A DNA stretch of 64,000 nucleotides from Abditibacterium sp. (GCA_965199495.1 CBDASK010000003.1:3648001-3712000); one strand, 5' to 3'. Positions 36,399 to 46,131 are shown, numbered from the stretch's first letter. Made by a program: numbers and translations. Notes: generated by a model not told the origin, from the letters alone.

Positions 36399-37442
36399 TT
36401 GCTTAATCCCGCTCCCAACGTGCCTTTATCGGACTCGCACTCTGCCGAGAAAACAGAAAATCATAACGGTTCGCGCGCCGATTTGACGCCCATCGCGGAA
36501 CTGTCGTCGCCGCAGTTGGCGGCGCTCTTGCAAAAGTTGGCCGATAACATCGAAACCGTCATCGTTGGTAAGCGCGAGCTGATCGAATCGTGTTTGATTG
36601 GCCTCATGGCGGGCGGGCACATTTTGCTCGAAGATGTGCCGGGCGTGGGCAAAACGATGTTGGCGCGCAGCGTGGCGCGCACATTGGGCGCCGGATATAA
36701 ACGCATTCAGTTCACGCCCGATTTATTGCCTTCGGACGTGACGGGAACCGTGGTTTTCGATCCCAACGACCGAGAATTCTCGTTTCGCGAAGGCCCGATT
36801 TTCTCGCACGTCGTGCTGGCCGACGAAATCAATCGCGCCAGCCCCAAAACGCAGTCGGCGTTGCTCGAATGTATGGAAGAACATCAGGTGACGGTTGATC
36901 TGAAAACGCGGTCTTTGCCCGATCCGTTTTTCGTGATCGCCACGCAAAATCCCGTCGAAAGCGAGGGCGTTTATCCTTTGCCCGATTCGCAGCTCGACCG
37001 TTTCGCGATGCGATTATCGGTCGGTTATCCGCATCCCGACGCCGAAAAATTGTTGATGAAAGAGCAGCGCATTCAACATCCGATTGAAACGCTGGAGAGC
37101 GTGACCAGCATCGGCGAAGTGCGTGCGGCGCAAGCAGCCACGCGCCGCGTGGCGATTGCCGAAACGATTTACGATTATATCTTGCGCCTGGCCAATGCCA
37201 CGCGCACTCATCCGCGTTTGATGCTGGGACTTTCGCCGCGCGGCGCCCTGACTTTGGCGCGTTGCGCGCAGGGCCACGCGGCTCTGCGCGGGCGCGATTT
37301 CGTTTCGCCCGACGACGTGAAAATCGTGGCGAGCGCCGTGATGGCACACCGTCTCATCGCATTTCCCGAAGCGCGTTATGGGCGCGGCGTCGAAGAGATC
37401 GTCGAAGAATTACTGGCAAGCGTGCCGTTGGAATCAAAGTAG
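36399..37442 (+). CDS. moxR: MoxR-family AAA+ ATPase
   Basis: HILLEDVPGVGKT, RIQFTPDLLPSD, LADEINRA, ATQNP, QLDRF. Confidence 0.95.
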   Translation: MLNPAPNVPLSDSHSAEKTENHNGSRADLTPIAELSSPQLAALLQKLADNIETVIVGKRELIESCLIGLMAGGHILLEDVPGVGKTMLARSVARTLGAGYKRIQFTPDLLPSDVTGTVVFDPNDREFSFREGPIFSHVVLADEINRASPKTQSALLECMEEHQVTVDLKTRSLPDPFFVIATQNPVESEGVYPLPDSQLDRFAMRLSVGYPHPDAEKLLMKEQRIQHPIETLESVTSIGEVRAAQAATRRVAIAETIYDYILRLANATRTHPRLMLGLSPRGALTLARCAQGHAALRGRDFVSPDDVKIVASAVMAHRLIAFPEARYGRGVEEIVEELLASVPLESK

Positions 37443-37446
37443 TTTG

Positions 37447-37656
37447 GGATAGCGGATGTCGGATTTCGGCGCGCGTTGTGTCATTTCGAGTGAGGCACGA
37501 ACCGAGAAATCTTGCGGCCCCGCGCCAGCGGAACTGATGCGTAAACCTGAAACTAAAAGTCGCTATCATCTGCGCTGCCGCGCGGGCGACAGATTTCTCG
37601 GTTCGTGCCTCACTCGAAATGACACAACGCGCGCCGAAATCCGACATCCGCTATCC
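37447..37656. repeat. Family B-related long inverted repeat with flanking heptamer repeats
   Basis: 66-bp perfect arms at 37447-37512 and 37591-37656, core GTCATTTCGAGTGAGGCACGAACCGAGAAATCT. Confidence 0.85.
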
Positions 37657-37662
37657 GACATC

Positions 37663-39321
37663 CTATCGCACCAGACGGATTTGGCCCGGTTTGCCCGGCC
37701 CGTTGCCGGTGTAGGACATATCCCAGACCGAGGTGTCCTGAAGGCCAGCCACATACTCGGCATACCAAGTGCCCGACTCGGCCAGGTTGCGATACGAATC
37801 GGGGATGCGCAGAGTATCGGTGGTGAAGGCGCCGTCCGTTGTCAACGTGCCGGGCCACGATTTGCCGGGGAGTTTGTCGCAGGTATAGGTGATGCTTTTC
37901 GAGTTGATGTCCGTGTCGAACTTGCGGATAATCAGGTCGCTACCGCCCGCTTGCGGCGGAACTTTACCCAGCGTCATTTTGATGGTGCCGCTAATGTTGA
38001 AGTTGATCGGCAAATGTCCCTCCGCCTGAATGCTGGTGCCGTTATTAGGATTGAAATCGGGCGCGGGATTGACTGTCGGAATTTGCCGGGTTCCGTAAAT
38101 GGGGGCGCCATCTGTATAACCAGTCAACTTGCCCTTTTTATTGTAGACGGGTATCTGCTGATAGCCAATAATATATTGCTCAGATGTATAGGTCGTGGTT
38201 TCCTCACGTACAGGGCCAGCGCGCAGGTCAAAGCCGTTTTCGCTCGAACCGCCGGTGCTTGTCACGTTCAGCCGGAAGTTGCCGCCCACGTAATCGCTGC
38301 GGTTAAAGCGAAACGCGTCAATCCATTGCATATCGGTCGTCGAATCGTAGCCCCAGCTATGCGTGCCGATTAAAACATCATCGGATGGCGTGCTGGTGCC
38401 GTGATCCCAGTAGAGCGAATATTTCGTTGTCGTGGCATCGCGCGTGCCGTTTTGGCCGGTGCCTGTTTGCGTGCGGAACTCATCAATGGCACCAGCGGTA
38501 ATGCTCGCGTCCACGATGCCGTTCTTGTTATAGCAATCGGGATCGAAAATTTCGACCGATGTATTTCCTTGAGTCGCGGGCACATTGACGAGAAAATCAT
38601 AACCTTTGGGATTATAGTTGGGGTTGGGAGTTTTGCCATCGTTGAGATACATCGTCGAATAACAGTCTCCGTAGGAATATCTTCCATTGGGGCCGAACAC
38701 CGACAGGTTGACCGGCCCTGGAGCCACGCCGTAGGTGCCCTGACCTTTGATTTCGAGCGGCGCGAGGGTGTCATACAGCGCGGTGGCTGATGCGCTCACG
38801 CCCAACTCTTTGCGGTTGAGCGGCCACATTCCGCTAAACAGCGCGGGTTCGGGACGGCTGAGAGTGACTTTGAACCAGTTGTTGTGCTGTAAGCCCATTT
38901 CGTCAGTGGCCGGATAAGTCACGATGAACTTGGAATTGCCGACGTTGGCCACATAGTTGGAATTGAACCCGCCGGGCAATTTTTTGACATCGGTAAACCC
39001 GCCATTTTCCGGTCGCTCCGCCATTTTTCCGGCGGAAATGTACGCGTCGTAAGAGGTTCCAAAGTTCGCCAGCGTATAGGCGCCCGCCAGCGCCGCCGAA
39101 TCGGCGGCGCGCTGCATCGAGGCTTTGCGTTGGTAGAGCATGCCCACATCAACCACAACGGCAGAAACCATCAAGGCCACCGTCAAACCCAGAGCCGTGT
39201 AGACGAAGGCGACACCACGTCTACGGCGCGCGTGGCGGGGCGAGTGGCGCGTTAGGGGAGTTCCACGCGAAGAAAAATTATTGTCTGACATCTGGAATTT
39301 GGAATCGTTGAAAAAGGGCAT
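37663..39321 (-). CDS. TadG-like pilus-tip protein (Tad N-terminal domain); start may be 39291
   Basis: RRRRGVAFVYTALG...VVDVGMLYQRKASMQRAADSAALAGA. Confidence 0.85.
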   Translation of the reverse strand: MPFFNDSKFQMSDNNFSSRGTPLTRHSPRHARRRRGVAFVYTALGLTVALMVSAVVVDVGMLYQRKASMQRAADSAALAGAYTLANFGTSYDAYISAGKMAERPENGGFTDVKKLPGGFNSNYVANVGNSKFIVTYPATDEMGLQHNNWFKVTLSRPEPALFSGMWPLNRKELGVSASATALYDTLAPLEIKGQGTYGVAPGPVNLSVFGPNGRYSYGDCYSTMYLNDGKTPNPNYNPKGYDFLVNVPATQGNTSVEIFDPDCYNKNGIVDASITAGAIDEFRTQTGTGQNGTRDATTTKYSLYWDHGTSTPSDDVLIGTHSWGYDSTTDMQWIDAFRFNRSDYVGGNFRLNVTSTGGSSENGFDLRAGPVREETTTYTSEQYIIGYQQIPVYNKKGKLTGYTDGAPIYGTRQIPTVNPAPDFNPNNGTSIQAEGHLPINFNISGTIKMTLGKVPPQAGGSDLIIRKFDTDINSKSITYTCDKLPGKSWPGTLTTDGAFTTDTLRIPDSYRNLAESGTWYAEYVAGLQDTSVWDMSYTGNGPGKPGQIRLVR

Positions 39322-39358
39322 GAGCGTAAAATGAGTGGAAAAATGAAACGAAAATTAA

Positions 39359-39952
39359 CTATTCCAACAAAGTTGTCGAAGCCTCAACCCAGTTGCTTTT
39401 TAGAAAACCGAGTTGGAGAGGAGATAATTTTTTGCCGTCGTCGCTCTTGAAAAACAGCGCGCCCAGAAATGAACGTTGGCGCATCGGGTAGGTGATGGTA
39501 ACCGTCAAAGGCTGTCCACTGACGCGCCCAATGGCGTCCGGGGTAATCACAATGCTACCTCCGATTTCTCCCGGATCGGACGGCGTCTTTTTGTTAATGC
39601 GTCCACCATTGATGTCAGTCCACGGAATGCCATTGGCCGCCGCCTGACTCCGCATAAAGTTGAGCATACTGCGCGGTTGTCCCGCCGTATTGCCCTGATT
39701 CACGTCATCGTCGAAGTTATCATCATGATAATGCACCGCAGCCCAACGCGCGCTTTCTCTGGCGACCTGTTGCAGCGAATGCGAGGTGATGAACACCATC
39801 GCCAGTTGGAAGGCGCCCAGTGTGACCGGCAGCAAAACGAAAGTCATGCACAGCGCCGTCTCGATCATCGTGGTGCCGCGCCGTCGCCCGCCCGCAAAAC
39901 GGCGACGGCGCGGATGGCGTTTATTCTGGAAAAGTGCGGAAAAAGAAAGCAT
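39359..39952 (-). CDS. TadE-like pseudopilin
   Basis: RRRGTTMIETAL...LQQVARESARWAA. Confidence 0.88.
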   Translation of the reverse strand: MLSFSALFQNKRHPRRRRFAGGRRRGTTMIETALCMTFVLLPVTLGAFQLAMVFITSHSLQQVARESARWAAVHYHDDNFDDDVNQGNTAGQPRSMLNFMRSQAAANGIPWTDINGGRINKKTPSDPGEIGGSIVITPDAIGRVSGQPLTVTITYPMRQRSFLGALFFKSDDGKKLSPLQLGFLKSNWVEASTTLLE

Positions 39953-39998
39953 GGAGAACTCCCGTAAGAGGAAACAGAAAACGTCGGATGCAACGGCC

Positions 39999-40583
39999 TT
40001 ACTGCATGATGAAAGTCGAGGAAACGGTGTAATCTTTGGACAAAACCGACAGACTCAATGGCGTATCCGGCTTCACCGAATTGTTGATGCGACCGTCCGC
40101 CGCATCGCCGGGCGTCGTTTCTTTCCAAAATCCCAATTGCCCGATAATCGAACGCTTCTTCATCGGGTAGGTGATAGAAACCGTGATCGGTTGGCCGCTG
40201 ATGCGAGAGGGCGAAACCAAAATATTACCTTTGATGTCATTCCACGGAATCTTGTTGGCCTGAGCGACATCTTTCAGGTAATTTTTCAGGCTGGGGTCTT
40301 GGCCATTCCCATCGCCCTGCGTATCCGCACCATCGAAAGTTGCTTCGCCATAATGCAAGGCGGCGAATCGTCCGGCCTCGCGCGAAACTTCCTGCAACGC
40401 GTGCGTCGTCGTCAAAACCAAACCGAACTGCATACCGCCCAACGCGAGTGGCAACAACACGAAAGCCAGACAAAGCGCGGTCTCGACCAAAGTAGAGCCA
40501 CCGCGCCGTCCACGTTGACGCGAGCGCACAAGCAAACCGGAAAATCGATTTGGCGGGGCGAAGGGAAATTGCGAGATTTTCAT
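39999..40583 (-). CDS. TadE-like pseudopilin
   Basis: RRGGSTLVETAL...LQEVSREAGRFAA. Confidence 0.88.
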   Translation of the reverse strand: MKISQFPFAPPNRFSGLLVRSRQRGRRGGSTLVETALCLAFVLLPLALGGMQFGLVLTTTHALQEVSREAGRFAALHYGEATFDGADTQGDGNGQDPSLKNYLKDVAQANKIPWNDIKGNILVSPSRISGQPITVSITYPMKKRSIIGQLGFWKETTPGDAADGRINNSVKPDTPLSLSVLSKDYTVSSTFIMQ

Positions 40584-40818
40584 GTTTTTCGTCGAATTGG
40601 TCGTTGGAAAAAACTTGGTTTTCTCCTTGAATATGCGACAAATTGGCCAATACCAAAACAGCTTATGCCACATCAAACGGCGAAGTTGAGATGAACGTGA
40701 GGGGAGCAAATGTGAACAAAAGAACTTCTTTTGAATTACTTCTCATTTGTAAGAGAAGAGTGAATTCACAGAAAAGCTCACTCTGCGGTAGCGCGAGGTT
40801 TATACTTTTCTCTTCCTC

Positions 40819-42549
40819 ATGAATTCTTCAGAGAACAATACGAACACTCCGGCGCATCGCCAATATTCGGCGATTGTCGTTGACGGCGCCGACCGCGCGG
40901 CTTCGCGCGCCATGTATCACGCCTTGGGCTGGACAGCCGCCGATTTTCAAAAGTCGCAAGTCGGCATCGCCTCGACCTGGAACATGGTCACGCCGTGCAA
41001 TATGCACATAGATAAATTGGCGATTCAAGCCGAGCAGGGCGTCAACGAGGCGGGCGGCAAAGCGATGATTTTCAATACCATCGGCATTTCCGACGGTATT
41101 TCGATGGGCACCGAAGGCATGAAGTATTCCCTCGTTTCGCGCGAAATCATCGCCGATTCCATCGAGGCCGTGGCTGGTTGCGAGGGCATGGACGGCCTCG
41201 TCGCTATCGGCGGCTGCGACAAAAATATGCCCGGCTGTTTGATTGCCCTTGCGCGTCTCAATCGTCCGGCGGTTTTCGTTTATGGCGGCTCGATTTTGCC
41301 CGGTTGCTTAACCGGCGCTGGTTGCGATTTGGACGATCCGACGCAACCCAAGCTCGACATCGTTTCGGTGTTCGAGGCCGTAGGTAGCCACGCCGCCGGG
41401 AAGGTCTCGGATGCGCAACTTCAAGAAGTCGAGCGTCACGCGATTCCCGGCCCCGGCAGTTGCGGCGGCATGTATACCGCCAACACGATGGCGAGCGCCA
41501 TCGAAGCGATGGGCATGAGTTTGCCCGGTTCGAGCGGCCAAATCGCGGTTTCGCCCGCCAAAAAGGTGGACTGCGTGGACGCCGGTCACGCCGTGATGAA
41601 TCTGATCCACAACAGCATTCGCCCGCGCGACATCATGACGCGCCAAGCGTTCGAGAACGCGATTACGGTCGTTATCGCGCTGGGCGGCAGCACAAATGCC
41701 GTGTTGCATTTGTTGGGCATGGCGCACGCCGCCGAAGTCGAATTAAATATTGACGATTTTACCGAAATCGGCAAGCGTGTGCCGGTTCTGGCCGATTTGA
41801 AGCCGTCGGGCAAATATTCGATGGCCGAACTTTCGCGCATCGGCGGCATTCAACCGTTGATGAAACGCTTATTGGCCGCCGGACTTTTGCATGGCGATTG
41901 CCTGACGGTGACCGGCAAAACCGTCGCGCAGAATTTGGCCGAAGTCGAAGATTATCCCGAAAAACAGACGATCATCCGCGATATGAGCGACCCGATTAAA
42001 GCCGATTCACACTTGGTGATTTTCTATGGCAACTTGGCGCCGACGGGCGCGGTTGGCAAAATTTCGGGCAAAGAAGGCACGAGTTTTACCGGCAACGCGC
42101 GCGTTTTCGAGGGCGAAGAACACTGTTTAACCGCGATTTTGGACGGGACAGTTGTCGCGGGCGATGTTTTGGTGATTCGCAGCGAAGGCCCCAAAGGCGG
42201 GCCGGGCATGCGCGAAATGTTGTCGCCGACATCGGCGATTATGGGCAAAGGTTTGGGCAAGGAAGTCGCGCTGATTACCGATGGCCGGTTTAGCGGTGGC
42301 TCGCACGGTTTCGTCGTCGGTCACATCACGCCCGAAGCGTTCGAGGGTGGCCCCATTGCACTCGTTCGAGACGGCGACCAAATCACGATTGACGCCAACA
42401 AACGCGAAATCACGTTGGATATTTCCGACGCCGAAATGAACGAACGCCGTTTGGCGTGGCAACCGATGCAGCCACGTTACAAGCGCGGCGTGCTGGCAAA
42501 ATACGCGTCGCAAGTTTCGAGCGCCTCGACGGGCGCGGTCACCGATTAA
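40819..42549 (+). CDS. ilvD: Dihydroxy-acid dehydratase
   Basis: [61 protein letters not shown]. Confidence 0.98.
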   Translation: MNSSENNTNTPAHRQYSAIVVDGADRAASRAMYHALGWTAADFQKSQVGIASTWNMVTPCNMHIDKLAIQAEQGVNEAGGKAMIFNTIGISDGISMGTEGMKYSLVSREIIADSIEAVAGCEGMDGLVAIGGCDKNMPGCLIALARLNRPAVFVYGGSILPGCLTGAGCDLDDPTQPKLDIVSVFEAVGSHAAGKVSDAQLQEVERHAIPGPGSCGGMYTANTMASAIEAMGMSLPGSSGQIAVSPAKKVDCVDAGHAVMNLIHNSIRPRDIMTRQAFENAITVVIALGGSTNAVLHLLGMAHAAEVELNIDDFTEIGKRVPVLADLKPSGKYSMAELSRIGGIQPLMKRLLAAGLLHGDCLTVTGKTVAQNLAEVEDYPEKQTIIRDMSDPIKADSHLVIFYGNLAPTGAVGKISGKEGTSFTGNARVFEGEEHCLTAILDGTVVAGDVLVIRSEGPKGGPGMREMLSPTSAIMGKGLGKEVALITDGRFSGGSHGFVVGHITPEAFEGGPIALVRDGDQITIDANKREITLDISDAEMNERRLAWQPMQPRYKRGVLAKYASQVSSASTGAVTD

Positions 42550-42608
42550 TTCTGGCAAAAGAAAAGGCGCCCCCAACGCGAACTGCCTCTTCTTGTTTTG
42601 CCTGTCGG

Positions 42609-43277
42609 TCAACTTCCGTCCGATTTCTTGCAAAGATAGAAGCGGACGCCGTAGGGATAGACGCTGGGATAATACTGCTGGCCTTGTAACGACCAAAATC
42701 CAAAGAGATTGAGATTGGCGTGAATTTCTATGGGCCAACCGGTAATATGTTGTCCGACGAGACGCACGAACCAAGGCATCGAACTGGGATTGATAAGACC
42801 TTCGCCCCAAAACAAGGTTTGACCTTGGCAAATGGTGATGAAGTTGAGGTAAGTTCCGAATTGGCGGATGCAAGTTTCGGGCAACGCGCCCGGAGCTTGC
42901 GGCCCGGACGCGTTATAGCCGAACTGTGGCATCGGTGCTGGCACGCAAAATTGATCGTTGGGATTAAACCAGACACCCGTCATATCAACGCCGTTGAAGC
43001 CCTGGGTCTCTTGCACAATCCATGGCTGCTGGGACGTTTGTTCGACTGGCGCGACCGGTGGCGGAGCTGTGGGTTTGCCTTGTTCGGGGGCGGCCAGAGC
43101 TTTTTTTAAGGCTTCGAGAACAGTGCGTAAATCTTCATCCGAGGATGTTTTATCTACCCCGGACGAAAGATTTATGACGTATTGGTTGATGTCGCGCGCC
43201 GCATTGTTTTGATTGCCCGCGACGTTAGATTGTTCGTGGACGCGCTGATCTTCTTGGCCGAAGGTCGGATTGTCCAT
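42609..43277 (-). CDS. Hypothetical protein with N-terminal Q/N-rich motif, Pro-rich linker and predicted beta-rich C-terminal domain
   Basis: 222 aa from ATG 43277, which overlaps the upstream stop (TGATG). Confidence 0.75.
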   Translation of the reverse strand: MDNPTFGQEDQRVHEQSNVAGNQNNAARDINQYVINLSSGVDKTSSDEDLRTVLEALKKALAAPEQGKPTAPPPVAPVEQTSQQPWIVQETQGFNGVDMTGVWFNPNDQFCVPAPMPQFGYNASGPQAPGALPETCIRQFGTYLNFITICQGQTLFWGEGLINPSSMPWFVRLVGQHITGWPIEIHANLNLFGFWSLQGQQYYPSVYPYGVRFYLCKKSDGS

Positions 43278-43663
43278 CAGAGCGGGACACCTTGGACGAG
43301 TCCGTAAGTTTTGACCAACAGCGCGACGATGCCACCGACTTTTTCGATGCCTTCGAGGCAATCTTTGGCGTTGCCCAGATAATCCAGCAGCGAATGTTTG
43401 TCGGGGTCAGGCTCTTTGGCGATTTGCGCGGCTTTGGTGATGTTGTATTTTGCCTCGGTTTCAATGTCTTCGTTGATAGCGCCGTCTTGCCGCGCGTGGG
43501 CGAGTTGCCCTTTGAGGTCTTCCAAATTTTGCAACACCTCTTGCTGGACTTCACCAAAAGTCGCGTCGCCGCTCTTGATGTTTTGATTGCCCCCAATGTT
43601 TTGATTGCCGCCGATATTGTGCTGATTTTGCACTTGCTGACCCTGTTGGTTGAACGTGGACAT
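43277..43663 (-). CDS. Small protein with N-terminal Q/N/G-rich motif and helical C-terminal domain
   Basis: 128 aa; AGGAGG Shine-Dalgarno 5 nt before ATG 43663; MSTFNQQGQQVQNQHNIGGNQNIGGNQNI. Confidence 0.8.
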   Translation of the reverse strand: MSTFNQQGQQVQNQHNIGGNQNIGGNQNIKSGDATFGEVQQEVLQNLEDLKGQLAHARQDGAINEDIETEAKYNITKAAQIAKEPDPDKHSLLDYLGNAKDCLEGIEKVGGIVALLVKTYGLVQGVPL

Positions 43664-43775
43664 GAAATCCTCCTGCGCGCCAGTCCGCACAAAAACAATC
43701 CGTCGAGCTAACGCGCTCTCCCACCAGTTTATAACAGTTATCGCAGTAAAAGTCAAATGAGGCATCTTCGTGGGG

Positions 43776-43945
43776 TATAGCGAATCCGAAAAGTATCGTC
43801 CTCTATGACAGCGGGGCTTGCGCCTCCTTCCAATCGGTGATATGTGAGGCTTTCCCCAGGGAAAGTAGGCGCAAGCCCCACTGCGAGTTTGGCCGTTTAA
43901 AAGGGAGATATCTTAATCAAGACAATCGCTTTCGGATTTGCTATA
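43776..43945. repeat. Nested inverted repeats (outer TATAGCGAATCCGAAA arm, inner degenerate family C)
   Basis: TATAGCGAATCCGAAA / TTTCGGATTTGCTATA enclosing GCGGGGCTTGCGCCT...AGGCGCAAGCCCCAC. Confidence 0.65.
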
Positions 43946-43982
43946 TAGCGTTAAGTGAACCGCGCATGAGCTAATAGGAGCG

Positions 43983-44057
43983 CGTTATTATCGCGGCGTG
44001 TTAGCGAAATACGCCAAACAAGTTTCGAGCGCCTCGACGGGCGCAGTCACCGATTAA
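43983..44057 (+). pseudogene. Second, diverged copy of the last 24 codons plus stop of ilvD
   Basis: [24 protein letters not shown] versus [24 protein letters not shown] (42475-42549). Confidence 0.9.
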
Positions 44058-44107
44058 GCAATTTGCCAGTTCTTAACGTCTGCATGAGGAAAAGTAAAAC
44101 CAGAAAC

Positions 44108-44142
44108 AAAAAAGCGAACCGGAGAAATCCGGTTCGCTTTTC
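44108..44142. terminator. Bidirectional intrinsic terminator
   Basis: AAAAAAGCGAACCGGA-GAAA-TCCGGTTCGCTTTT. Confidence 0.75.
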
Positions 44143-44163
44143 TATTTTTTACGTTCGCAACGT

Positions 44164-45039
44164 TTACGCGATGATAAACGGTGCGACGCGCTTTTGCACT
44201 TCGGGCACTTCGAGCGCGATTTCCATCGCTGTTGGCGAGGGATTCATGTTATTCATGAACCGAATAACGCTGGTGTGGCGGGTTTCGATGCCATAAATTG
44301 AAGCGGCAAATTTCAGCGCATCCACGCTATCGAGCTTGGGGGCGGCACCTAAATAAGCGCCAACGCCGGTCTCTTCAAACGTTCCGGCCAGCGTCAAAAA
44401 CGCGACTTGCGAAACGTAAACATTCGCGGGAAATTGGAAGTTCGGTTTGGCAACGGGCGTGCCGTTGGCGCGACCAATGACATCCAAAATCGCCGTGACG
44501 TGGGCCGCTTCGTCGTCGGCGATGCCCTGCGTGATTTTGGCGACGGCGGGCGACAAGTAAGCGCGCGTGTTATTGGCTTCGACAATGCTGGCGTAGAAAG
44601 TCGCTTCCAAATATTCCAGTCCCAACGCGAAGTTGAGAATGTCGGCGTCGCTGGCGGAGGCGTGTTTGCCCGCGCCGGGAATCGTCAGGGCCGGATTGTT
44701 CGGGTTGATTTTGGTGCTGGGAACATTAGAATTGCTCTCAACGGCCTGATCGGCTGTGGGGGCGGGCGGCGGCGTATCCATTGCCATTTTGTCGTTCTGG
44801 CCCATGATCATCATGCCGTCCATCATTTTGCCATCATTCATCATTCCATCGTTCATCATGGTACCATCTTTCGCCATCGTGCCGTCTTTCGCCATCGAAC
44901 CATCTTGCGCCTGAGCGCGCGTGGCGGCGGTGGCTGTTGCGGCGAGGCCGACCATGAAAGCGGCATGTTTGAGCCAATCGCGGCGCGAAGTGTCGCGGGC
45001 GGTGGCATTAAGTTGCGTGCTATTGAGTGATTTGTTCAT
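44164..45039 (-). CDS. Tat-exported ferritin-like domain protein with Met-rich repeats
   Basis: SRRDWLK Tat motif; DILNFALGLEYLEATFY, DEAAH, FEETGVGAYLGAA, IETRH. Confidence 0.88.
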   Translation of the reverse strand: MNKSLNSTQLNATARDTSRRDWLKHAAFMVGLAATATAATRAQAQDGSMAKDGTMAKDGTMMNDGMMNDGKMMDGMMIMGQNDKMAMDTPPPAPTADQAVESNSNVPSTKINPNNPALTIPGAGKHASASDADILNFALGLEYLEATFYASIVEANNTRAYLSPAVAKITQGIADDEAAHVTAILDVIGRANGTPVAKPNFQFPANVYVSQVAFLTLAGTFEETGVGAYLGAAPKLDSVDALKFAASIYGIETRHTSVIRFMNNMNPSPTAMEIALEVPEVQKRVAPFIIA

Positions 45040-45755
45040 CGAGGTGCGCCTCCCTTGAAGCCGTATTTGGCCAATTTGTAACCGGTGGTCTGTGCGCCAT
45101 AAGCGCCTTCAAACGGCGCGGTGCTGGGCTTGAGACCAACGACCTGACGCAAAACTGCGGCATGACGGCCTTCAATTCCAGCGATGGCGGCGGCGGTCGA
45201 AAGCAACTTTTTGTTGCGCACGATGCCAACGGCTCCGTGATAGCCGAACAAAACGGTTTCTTTCACATCCAATGCGGTATTCAAAATGTCCTCGCGCGTG
45301 CTGAGGCTGGGATATTTGAACGCGCGCGGACGGCGCGAAGCGAAAGTATTAAGCGTCTCCGATTCGCCCGCGTCTTTATAGCCGAACGCGTCGCGCGCGG
45401 CATTCAAGATTTGATAATGCTCGGCGTCCTGCGAAGCCATCAACGTGATGATGTTGCGTTCTTGTCCGGTTAGCGAAGCGTAACCTTTGCTGCGCGTGAG
45501 GCGAGTGTAGATGTCTTGTTCCAACTCTTCCATTTCAAACGCGAAGTTCAAAACAATGGAATCGAGGTAGAAAAGTTTGCCGATTTTGGCGACCAAGTCG
45601 GCGCGCGCGGGGTTAAAGAGCGCCGAGGCGATAGTCACGCCGCAAGTCGCCGTCGCCATCGTGAGCAGTTGCCGACGCGTTGCCGACATACTTTCGAGCG
45701 GTGCGACGATGCGACGTTCCAGCGAGGGCGCCACTTCTTCATTTGGGTTCGTCAT
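45036..45755 (-). CDS. Tat-exported ferritin-like domain protein
   Basis: TRRQLL; VLNFAFEMEELE, QDAEH, AIAGIEGRHAA; stop overlaps the next start. Confidence 0.8.
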   Translation of the reverse strand: MTNPNEEVAPSLERRIVAPLESMSATRRQLLTMATATCGVTIASALFNPARADLVAKIGKLFYLDSIVLNFAFEMEELEQDIYTRLTRSKGYASLTGQERNIITLMASQDAEHYQILNAARDAFGYKDAGESETLNTFASRRPRAFKYPSLSTREDILNTALDVKETVLFGYHGAVGIVRNKKLLSTAAAIAGIEGRHAAVLRQVVGLKPSTAPFEGAYGAQTTGYKLAKYGFKGGAPR

Positions 45756-45948
45756 AGAATTAAATGTCTCCTTGGGGATTAAGCTGCCTTCAAACGCCCA
45801 GTCCAGTTAAAGAGGGGGCAACAAAGCAATTCTGACGTTATCTTCGCAGCTATAGTAATTAAAAAGCAAGCCGGATGCCAGTCAGCGTATTCGTGTCTTG
45901 CTTTTCGCATTTAATGACCTTCCTTGTTGCTTGGAGTGTCATTATAAA

Positions 45949-46131
45949 ATAAGAGTTACGCAGTTGGGTGCGCTTGTCATGGGTGCGCAGTGAGGAAAGA
46001 GCGAAGTCGAAGAATCCATGACCTAATGGCAGTGACGAAAGCGAAATTAACGTGCAACCGTTGGATTCTTCGACTTCGTTCGTGCCTCACTGCGCACCCA
46101 TGACAAGCGCACCCAGCTGCGTAACTCTTAT
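45949..46131. repeat. Family B inverted repeat
   Basis: About 70-bp arms with core GTCATGGGTGCGCAGTGAGG...GAAGTCGAAGAATCCA; spacer resembles that of 8140-8266. Confidence 0.85.

Noticed and set aside
36399..37442. MoxR and the distant VIT-vWA gene as one system
   Set aside because: They are 30 kb apart with no sequence evidence of linkage; an orphan moxR is not unusual.
37456..38373. 305-aa ORF and its mirror-image ORF 37354-37647 with identical N-termini
   Set aside because: Artefact of the perfect 66-bp inverted repeat; the remainder is antisense to tadG or moxR.
42550..43982. Prophage or integron cassette interpretation of the ilvD island
   Set aside because: No integrase, phage genes or attC-like site seen; only the 3'-end duplication is supported.
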